From Nemertoderma westbladi (Eukaryota; Animalia; Xenacoelomorpha), in NCBI GenBank assembly GCA_032718475.1, contig JAUCBJ010006924.1, positions 1-34,922 on the forward strand: a DNA stretch of 34,922 nt. Direction: 5' to 3'. Under the pieces are notes generated by a model. It did not search any database, had not been told where the DNA came from, and worked only from the letters and a program-made list of their open reading frames with translations. Both the position numbers and the translations under genes were made by a program. Shown here piece by piece: positions 1 to 9,328 of the stretch. Position 1 is the stretch's first letter. Every line of letters starts with the position of its first letter.

Positions 1-442
1 AGCACTGCAACTTTAACCAGCTCTTGTCAGTTAATTACGATTAGCTTCGTATATTGTATTAGTTAACTGTAACCGTGAAACACTGTAACAGTTAACTGTA
101 ACCTGCTCCTTATTACTCTTAATTATGGAATTTACTGTACTGGTACTAATGTACTCTGGTACTCCCTGTTGATTAAAAAACATACTTTTTGTTATCATAT
201 CCATATTTATAAATCAGGTGATAGACAAATAACACTGCAATAATAATAATGTATGTAAATGTACAATACAGTAAATATACAGTACCTCCCGTACTTCAGT
301 AGTAGGCCCTATATCTATCAATATAGTTACCACATTTATATTATGAAACAGTATTGTACTGCACAAAATGTAATTTTCGCACTATGAATTCCAGTCTGGC
401 GTGAGTGAAAAATCATTATTCTGGAGGGACGTAAATAACTCT

Positions 443-606
443 TATACCCCGATTCGGGGTATACCTAATTTTTCCGCTGTCTGGAGATTTTCTAGTAGAA
501 CACCGATTCGGGGTATAGCTTTCTACTGAAAATCTCGAATCGGTGTCACTATTTTCCTCTATGACACCGATTGGATGTATAGAGCTGTACCCCGATTCGG
601 GGTATT
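443..606. repeat. Cluster of CCGATTCGGGGTAT-type motifs, possibly subterminal repeats of a DNA transposon
   Basis: TATACCCCGA-T-TCGGGGTATA palindrome at 443-463; related copies near 501-517, 537-547 (inverted), 563-573 and 587-606. No partner terminus found. Confidence 0.45.
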
Positions 607-1667
607 TTCCCTTCCAGTACCCGTGACAGTTCCCATACTGCCATAGGCTGAGCACTACTGCTGATACTGCCGGAAAGCATCATCCTATTCCCAGTACCGG
701 TATTCCATCGGTAATCCACGCAGGTGAGACTAGAGAAAGACTCATCTGCAGTTCCATATGCAATGTAAAAGGTATAAAGATCGTCTTGTGATACTGTGAT
801 AGGCCAGATCGTTTGGAAGTTTATAGGAAGAACGGGTAAGTTTAATAATCTTCTCATTTTCGGATAAACAGCTCGGTTTACTGGTTTAATTGACTGTTTA
901 AACCACTTGTCTGCTTGTTACTGTCATCTCCGGCTCCGCGTTTATTAAAGAAGTACCGGTACTCTTCACCTGAAGTTGAAGAAGAACCGTCGGTAGGCCT
1001 ATCGCTATCGCCGTCAATAATAGGCTCTCAATGCAGAATGTTTGTTTCCAGCGGAACACCATCACTCGACAACCGAACGAAATACTTGTGAGAATTTGTA
1101 CCCATCCGACTCCATCGCCACTTATCGACGCAATCCCTCAATTTTGCGTCCACAGTTAAACTAAGAGCTGTAGGGGGATAGCCGGAATAAACTGGTAGAT
1201 CCACGTCGATAACTGCCGCAGAGAGCGCACTAAATACTTCCAAAGCCGACCTGCGCCTCCATCGAAGACAAGTTGTGCCGACATTCCTTTCTCGGACGTC
1301 GGATGTCGGAAGCGAAAGGAGTACACAGTACCGGTAAGCGGTACCTAGTTCAGTAGTCAATACATCAATACTGCAATATTGTATATGATACAATAGCTGA
1401 ATATGGAATAGGCAGCAAGCCAGGTAGGCTGAAATACTGAAATAATTGTATAAACTAATTAACTAACCTCTTTTTGCCTGACAGACAGCCATAAACGGCG
1501 AAACAGAAAATTTCAAAAACAGCTAGGATAGTTGGAGGCCCTCTGCTTGAATTTGAAGACTGTTGTTGGGCATTTTAACCACTATTTCGACTGTTGTCCC
1601 TCTGTTGTCCATTGTTGTCCTGTTATCGACCCATCCATATCTCAGAATGACGTTTTTTCATGAAAAA

Positions 1668-1936
1668 GGCTATTTCTCCACCAATTTTAACTGAAATGAG
1701 TTAAAATTTGGTACACTTGTTAAGACTACCCTTCTCCATACTTATTCTGAACAAATTTGGTTGGAAATGCCCTGGAGCCTTTTTATATCAAAAAGGCCCA
1801 AAAAATCCCTTTTGGGGCCTTTTTGTTCTAAAAAGGTTCCAAACCATTTTAGGCAAAATTTGTTCAGAAGAATTAGATGCAGGGTTCTTCTGAACCTATA
1901 TTCCAAATTTCAACAAATATTGGTGGAGAAATAGCC
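1668..1936. repeat. About 270-bp imperfect palindrome (foldback/MITE-like)
   Basis: GGCTATTTCTCCACCAAT (1668-1685) is inverted at 1919-1936; TTCTGAACAAATTT (about 1745) is inverted at about 1856; central AAAAAGGCCC...GGGCCTTTTT arms. Confidence 0.6.
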
Positions 1937-2866
1937 CTTGGCGCAAAAAGACCCTTTTGGCCATTACGGAGCCATTTTGGGGCCAATTTTCAAAAATATT
2001 TGTTTGGTTATTCTCACACAGTCCAGACGTTGGGGGTGCTACCCCCCCCCCCCCCCCCCTTAATGTTTTGTTCAAATAAATTAATAATTATATTGGATAT
2101 TATTGTTTGTTATTGCGTTCCTCCATGGTATCCGAACTTGGGTGTTAAAGATTTTTGCTACTAAAATTCACATGTTATTAGCAATACGATGTTCTACTCC
2201 AAATCGATGGAAAGGAATAAGTATTTTTGTCATATTTTCCCAGAACTAATCCACTATGTGGCCATTAAATGTGGCCTAAATCAGCCACCGTATAACCCTA
2301 ATCGGAATGCCATTAATATTCGTTAATACAGAGGTGTATCGACCTATACTGAGCTATAAAAATAATATTATGATATTCATTATATTTAAATGGTCTTTTG
2401 GTGAAAAAACGTTTTAAATTTGATCACTCACTCAGTCATTGTCAACAAGGTTTTATTTCTAGGATTGATTCGCACAGAAAGTAATCTGTCAGTTCCTTAC
2501 AAGACACACTGAAATCAAATGAATAGAATAGGTACTTACTTATAGAATTAGCACGGTATAACCATGCATTATTTTTATAACTCAGCATACTGTAGATCAA
2601 CTTCTGTATTATCTCATATTTTGCTCGCCCGACATCGCTCGCTATAGGTCTGTATGGATGTTTAATATTTCGTTATATAGCTCGGTATTATCTCGTTATA
2701 GGTCGGTATTGTTCTTTATTAAGTCCCTATAGCTCATTCTAGGTGATTTTTATTTTGTTATACTGTAGCTCGGTATAGGTCGGTATTGCATTACTGTATC
2801 ATCTCCTCATACAACTGTAGCTCATTCTAGATCATTCAGGTCATTTTAGATAATTCTAGGTCATTC

Positions 2867-3094
2867 CCGAGCAAAAAATCCCCATGCGTAACGCATTCGT
2901 CCCACATGCAGCATTCGTAAAAGGTGCGTGGAATGTTATGTGAGATTCGTGAAGCCTTCGTCAAATGGTTCGTCAGTCCGAATATTTTAACGAATGCGTA
3001 TAGTATTCGTATCGCATGTGAGATTTTACTTGTAAATATATTCGTGGCTCATCATTCGTGGCACATGCGTTACGAATGCGGATTTTATACTGGG
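2867..3094. mobile_element. 228-bp MITE with CC(C/G)AG termini and 2-bp TSD (CMC/EnSpm-like)
   Basis: 30-bp imperfect TIR (CCGAGCAAAAAATCCCCATGCGTAACGCAT vs rc of right end CCCAGTATAAAATCCGCATTCGTAACGCAT, 5 mismatches); TC on both flanks. Removing it restores the local TCATTCTAG repeat. Confidence 0.6.
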
Positions 3095-3133
3095 TCTAGA
3101 TCATTCTAGCTCATTCCACTTTTTAGCATGTAC

Positions 3134-3183
3134 CAGGACTGGCACAGCCAGAGTCCAGGCCCGTTAGCGGGGGCCATTCGTTC
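3134..3183 (+). mobile_element. Degenerate relic of the P-element TIR
   Basis: CAGGACTGGCACAGCCAGAGTCCAGGCCCGTTAGCGGGGGCCATTCGTTC aligns with the inner part of the P TIR at about 17923-17973 (CAGGACTGGCACACTGAATATCCAGACCCCGCTAGCGGGGTCCATTAGTTC). Confidence 0.55.
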
Positions 3184-3556
3184 TAATATCACCTTCAGGT
3201 CACAATTTCAACAATGAACAATATAAAAATATCTTTCATGGGTATTCAGGAATTTCACTTATGCTGAATCGAGCAGAGTTGTCATTGGATAGCTATTGTA
3301 TGCATAGCATAGCATTAGAATTTGGCCGCAATAATGATGTCACTTGACATCACTCATGATGTCCTTTGACATCACTCATGATGTCCTTTTTTATGACTTT
3401 TTATGTCCTCCAGAAATTTACCGTTAGGTTCCATGCTACCGGTTTCTCTACTGCTGTTCTCTCAGGCTATCAGTACCGGTATTACAGTATTATACTGTAT
3501 ATAGAGCACTATTTTGCAGTATTGCTGTATTGTATGTACAGATGTAGGTAGATCTA

Positions 3557-4032
3557 AACCTCTGCTCCTTTCCCTCAATTCGTTAAGTGATAGTTTATTG
3601 TTTTGGTTAGGAAATACCGCCTCTGTACCCTGCTCCTTTCCCTCAATTAGTCTGTTAGTTAAGTGGTCGTTTATTGTTTTGGTTAGAAAATCCCGCCTCT
3701 GTAACCTGCTCCTTTCCCTCAATTAGTTAAGTGATCGTTTATTGTTTTGGTTAGAAAATCCCGCCTCTTTAACCTGCTCCTTTCCCTCAATTAGTTAAGT
3801 GATCGTTTATTTGTTTTGGTTAGGAAATCCCGCCTCTGTAACCTGCTCCTTTCCCTGAATTGGTAAAGTGACCGTTTATTGTTTTGGTTAGAATGGCCCG
3901 CCTCTGTAACCTGCTCCTTTCCTTCATTTAGTAATAAAGTGACCCTATATTGTTTTGGTTAGAAAATACCGCCTCTGTAACCTGCTCCTTTCCCTCAATT
4001 AGTTAAGTGATCGTTTATTGTTTTGGTTAGAA
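3557..4032. repeat. 68-bp tandem satellite, left block (about 7 monomers)
   Basis: Monomer AAATCCCGCCTCTGTAACCTGCTCCTTTCCCTCAATTAGTTAAGTGATCGTTTATTGTTTTGGTTAGA repeated in tandem. Confidence 0.9.
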
Positions 4033-5924
4033 GTTTGGGGTTTTTCTAATAATGCTGTAACACGTACTTTACTAGTAAGAGATAGGCCCGTCTTCAGTTT
4101 TTATACCAACTGTCAGACAGATGATTATTGTTAAATTTCTTAACTAAACCAACCGACTAAGGGGTAAAATTATATTACTCGAGTAATACAGTAATATGCT
4201 TCCCCTAATCAGTAAACTATATGAACAAGTTATAAACACCCAACTTCAATCCTATCTAACTAAATATGACATATTAACTAAATCCCAGTATGGCTTTCGA
4301 CAAAAAACCTCAACTACTCATGCTCTTCTTTCAATTACTGAAAAAATTATTAAAATAAAAAATTACTCATCCTGCACCGTATATATAGATCTTCAAAAAG
4401 CTTTTGATACCTTGAACCATAAAATTATATTAAATAAATTAAATGCATATGGGATTCGTGGCTTACCTAATCAACTAATATCTAGTTTTTTATCTAACCG
4501 TTCCCAAACTGTTAGTATTGGCAGTTACGTATCATCTATAGAACCACTAACCTGTGGAGTCCCACAGGGTTCGGTCCTATCACCGCTATTGTTTCTCTTG
4601 TACATAAATGACCTTCCCAACGCTACCTCTCTAATAACAACGCTATTTGCTGATGATACAACCCTATTGAACTCTAACTCTGACTCTACAGTAATACTCT
4701 CATCAGCAACACGAACAAAGAACTAACTAAAATCGCAGAATGGCTGTCTTGTAATTGTCTATCACTAAATCTCTCAAAAACGGAGTACACTATATTTTCT
4801 AACACCACCAATTCCACTTTACAAAACCTACACATCTCGTCGCAAACCATTCGCCAGACTAACTTTACTAAATTCCTAGGAGTGCTAGCAGCAAACTATC
4901 ATGGAAAGCCCACATACAATATATTCTCAAAAAAATATCGAAAACTTCTGGAATATTTTATAAATTACGTAACATTTTTCCACTCTGAATTCTACGTCAA
5001 CTTTACTTAACCCTTGTACACCCATATTTACATTACGGCATAGTCTTGTGGGGTGGTACATACACTTCAACTCTGAAACCGCTACGAACAAAAATTAATA
5101 AACTGCTACGTTGTATTACTTTTAGTCACTCTCGGTCCTCCTCTAGCCCGCTATACAAATCCCTTGGCATTCTCCCCTTACATCTCCTATTTAAGCATCA
5201 GATTTCACTTACTATTATGTATGATATAAACAATAACACTATCACTAAGTCGTCAACCATTCATTGGCTCTCTCTTTACGAAAACTCTACTGTACATAAC
5301 TACACCACTCGTTCTGTTACTTGCAGTACGGTAACTATTACACACCACTTTTCCGTCTTTCATCTACACAGAGATCTATAAGTTTTCTAGGCCCCACCGT
5401 ATGGAACACCATCCCAAATTATATTAAACAGAAAATGTCGAAACATAAAAACATCATCGTCGCTTGAATGCTGCTTTGTAGAAGATATGTCACGCACGGC
5501 AAATAGGCCATCATGCCTACTGAAAATATATGGAACCATCAATTTTCGTTTAATTTACAATTTCATTTTGCATTGCACCCCCCCCCCCCCCCGCCCTCCA
5601 TTTCCCCTTTACACCCCCACCCCACCCACTTACCTTATTGATCCACCCCCCCCCCCCTCACCATCAATCAAGTACCATATTTCAATGTAAAAATATAATT
5701 AATCTCATCTCTGGTTGGTATCAGGTTACTAGCTTCGCTATTTTGATACCATCCATTCCTTAAACAATTTTCCATTCACCGCTACTCTCACCTGGTCACA
5801 AAACATCCATCATCATATTCTCATTCACCAAGAAATATCATCCTCATCTATGGTGCCGGAGTGCGAATGTTGATCTAAAATGTATTACTTGTTCGTTTGA
5901 GGATAAAATAAAATATATTGAATA
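4033..5924 (+). mobile_element. 5'-truncated, degenerate CR1/L2-group LINE inserted in the satellite
   Basis: ORF 4196-4726 has RT motifs QYGFR, YIDLQKAFDT, GVPQGSVLSPLLFLLYINDLP and LFADDT; frameshifted continuation to about 5470; C-rich 3' UTR; AAATAAAA...TTGAATA tail; TTAGAA at both junctions (4027-4032 and 5925-5930). Confidence 0.85.
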
Positions 5925-7140
5925 TTAGAAAATCCCGCCTCTGTAACCTGCTCCTTTTCCTCAATTAGTTAAGTGATCGTTTATTGTTTTGGTTAGTAAA
6001 TCTCGCCTCTGTAACGTGCTCCTTTCCCTGAATTAGTTAAGTGATCGTTTTATTGTTTTGGTTAGGAAATCCCGCCTCTGTAACCTGCTCCTTTCTCTCA
6101 ATTGGTAATGTTATCGTTTATTGTTTTGGTTAGAAAAGACCATCTATGTAACCTGCTCCTTTCCTTCATTTGGTAAAGTGATTGTTTATTGTTTTGGTTA
6201 TAAAATCCCGCCTCTGTACCCAGCTCCTTTCCCTGATTTGGTAAAGTGACCGTTAATTGTTATGGTTAGAAAGGCTAGCCTCTGTAACCTGCTCCTTTCT
6301 CTCAATTGGTAATGTTATCGTTTATTGTTTTGGTTAGAAAAGACCATCTATGTAACCTGCTCCTTTCCTTCATTTGGTAAAGTGATTGTTTATTGTTTTG
6401 GTTATAAAATCCCGCCTCTGTACCCAGCTCCTTTCCCTGATTTGGTAAAGTGACCGTTAATTGTTATGGTTAGAAAGGCTAGCCTCTGTAACCTGCTCCT
6501 TTCTCTCAATTGGTAATGTTATCGTTTATTGTTTTGGTTAGAAAAGACCATCTATGTAACCTGCTCCTTTCCTTCATTTGGTAAAGTGATTGTTTATTGT
6601 TTTGGTTATAAAATCCCGCCTCTGTACCCAGCTCCTTTCCCTGATTTGGTAAAGTGACCGTTAATTGTTATGGTTAGAAAGGCTAGCCTCTGTAACCTGC
6701 TCCTTTCTCTCAATTGGTAATGTTATCGTTTATTGTTTTGGTTAGAAAAGACCATCTATGTAACCTGCTCCTTTCCTTCATTTGGTAAAGTGATTGTTTA
6801 TTGTTTTGGTTATAAAATCCCGCCTCTGTACCCAGCTCCTTTCCCTGATTTGGTAAAGTGACCGTTTATTGTTATGGTTAGAAAGGCTAGCCTCTGTAAC
6901 CTGCTCCTTTATCTCAATTGGTAATGTTATCGTTTATTGTTTTGGTTAGAGAAGACCATATATGCAACCTGCTCCTTTCCTTCATTTGGTAAAGTGATTG
7001 TTTATTGTTTTGGTTATAAAATCCCGCCTCTGTAAACCTGCTTCTTTCCCTGATTTGGTAAAGTGACCGTTTATTGTTTTGGTAGAAAATCCGGCCTTAA
7101 CCTGCTCCTTTCCATCAATTGGTAATTGTTTTGGCTATAA
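5925..7140. repeat. 68-bp tandem satellite, right block, with 204-bp trimeric higher-order repeat
   Basis: About 17 monomers; the diagnostic variant GGCTAGCC recurs at 6273, 6477, 6681 and 6885 (period 204 = 3 x 68). Confidence 0.92.
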
Positions 7141-7420
7141 AATGAGTGTTTTGCTACGTCATGTGGTAATAATCGATTATCGACAACAAACACAAACTAT
7201 TGAATTTAGAGTCTTTTACCACAGGGGTATATGGAAATCTACATATCTCATAGTCTATAAATCATGGAATTTTGAATGTTTTGGCACAGGCATAGTGAAA
7301 CCAACTGTCCAACAGACCAGAAATCAACAAATTTTGAATGTTTTGGCATAGGCATGTTGAAATCAATTGTCTGACAGTCCAGAAATCAGCAGTCTGACAG
7401 TTTGAAGAAATACATACATA

Positions 7421-7492
7421 AAAAGTCATTAAAGGACAACAAAAGTCATTAAAGGGACAACAAAAGTCATTAAAGGGACAACAAAAGTCATT
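7421..7492. repeat. 21-bp minisatellite (AAAAGTCATTAAAGGGACAAC, about 3.5 copies)
   Basis: Direct tandem copies are visible; they adjoin a putative transposon terminus ending GCCGAATT at 7562. Confidence 0.8.
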
Positions 7493-7592
7493 ATGCACAA
7501 TTCGTAAAAAAAGGAGGACAAAAAAAGTCAAATAAAAGGACATAAAAAATCACTGCCGAATTTGGCACTTTAGTCAAGAAAGCCATACTTTT

Positions 7593-7629
7593 TGAACTTC
7601 CCTCGGTAATACGGAATCTGGAAGATTCG
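7593..7629. promoter_or_regulatory. Possible heat-shock element for HSP60
   Basis: aATCtgGAAgaTTCg (7615-7629) is one mismatch from nTTCnnGAAnnTTCn; tGAActTCCc at 7593. Located about 1.7 kb upstream of the ATG, which is preceded by an acceptor-like site. Confidence 0.3.
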
Positions 7630-9304
7630 AAGTAGACATTGCGCTCAGAATACAGGAATACTGGGGTTTGGCTGATAGGCTGAGTCTTTACAACTTGTGC
7701 AGGCCTACTTCCTAATCGGTATACAGGTATACAGCTGTACAGTATAGCTTTGTACATGAATACCATGCTGGTGATAACAGTACCGGTACACTACAGCAGT
7801 ACAGCACTAACAGACTAACAGATACAGCCAGGCAACACTACCTGCACTAGGACTATGTGGGTGGACTAGGCATTAGGCCTACGCAGTCGGCAGTGAAGTG
7901 GTAAGTACGCCTAGGTACCGGGTTGGGTACCGGCTGCCCGGAATATAGCCAGATATCTGGATATCGCGTCGGTTCGGTAAGCTACCTGCTGACATGGTCC
8001 CTGACTACCACTACAGCCTACATGCCGCCTTCAGCAGTTCAGGCAGTCAGGCTAACAGCGCCAGGACTAGCAGACTACCGGTACACCGACTAGGTGCTAG
8101 GGATAGCACTCTAGCACAGTCTGACAACAGTCTGACAGTATACACAATGGCAGACAGGCAGAGGCAGGACAGTGGCAGTCTACAGCAACAGAATGATCAG
8201 CAGTAGGCCTATGTCTGTATGCAGTCTGTAGTCTGGCTTCCTCTGTTCCTGGTTTCTGCAGCTCAACTGTTTCTGGCACTGGTTGACTGGCACTGGCAGG
8301 GCAGCAGCAGAAGCAGCACGGCTGCACCTCACCAGCACGCAGCACCACCCAGGTACCCAGCCACCGTACAGCCTTCACGTACTGCGTACAGCCACTCAGC
8401 CACTGTACACCGTACTGCCGTACAGCCGTGCGTACCGGTACCGGGTACCGTCCTGCGGTCAGACAGCTGTACCGGTATCTTACTGCCTTACTACCTACGG
8501 CTGCACAGCTGTACGGTGTACTACAGTACTACGGTATCGGTTGACCGGTACAATTTATATTAATAGGGCAATCAATAGTCGGTACAGTCTGACAGTATAA
8601 TTAATACCGGTACCGTACTTGAAATGAAACTAAAGAGTTAAAATAAGTTGCAGCTGTGCAGAGTTGAGTGCATAGCAGAGTTGTGTAGTAGCAGTAGGTG
8701 AGTGACTCTATTAAAAAGGTTGCGCTACCGGTAGTTATTTTGTTTTTTTGGTACTCCTTTGTCCTTACTGCCTTACTAAAGTCAACTCATTCAGCAGTGC
8801 AGCAGTGGCTGCCCTGCATAGCGCTTATCAGCTTATGGCACTTATCTTATCTGCTTATAGTATACGGTAGCTGTATAGAGTATAGACGTACTGACGTAGA
8901 CGCCCACGCCGGCACGCCCTGATGCTGATGTCGACGTTTAGTCGACTTCTTGTCCTTTAGGCCTTAGACTTCACGGCGCCACTGTATGTATAATATTGTA
9001 TATAGTACAGTAGTACTGCTGTATGCGACTGCCTACAGGCCTAGCCTACTGCAATACTGGTTTGGCATAAACCCAATACCAGTCTCTCAATCTGCTGATC
9101 TGTAAGCTGTAACTGTAGCCTACACAGTCAGCTGGTCAGTATCTTTCATTCATTCAGTTTTCACTTGACCTCCAGTATAATTTCTGTATTAGCCACACTC
9201 AGCGATATATTCTTAATACGGCAGCTACTTGTACTGTGAATTGTAACCCATTATCATATAGCATCGCCCTGAATACCTATTGTTTCTTTCTGCAACACTA
9301 TAAA

Positions 9305-9327
9305 CTAACTTAAATTCAAAACATCAG
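9305..9327 (+). other. Probable 3' splice (or trans-splice) acceptor just before the HSP60 start codon
   Basis: CTAAC branch-like motif at 9305-9309 and CAG|G-ATG at 9325-9331; candidate upstream donors GTAAGT (about 7901) and GTGAGT (about 8698). Confidence 0.45.
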
Positions 9328-9328
9328 G

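Noticed and set aside
3557-7140. 68-bp array as a CRISPR-like locus
   Set aside because: Contiguous monomers with no unique spacers, no cas genes, and a eukaryotic context.
7994-8922. Overlapping short ORFs upstream of HSP60
   Set aside because: No recognisable domains; explained by a low-complexity, stop-poor motif tract.
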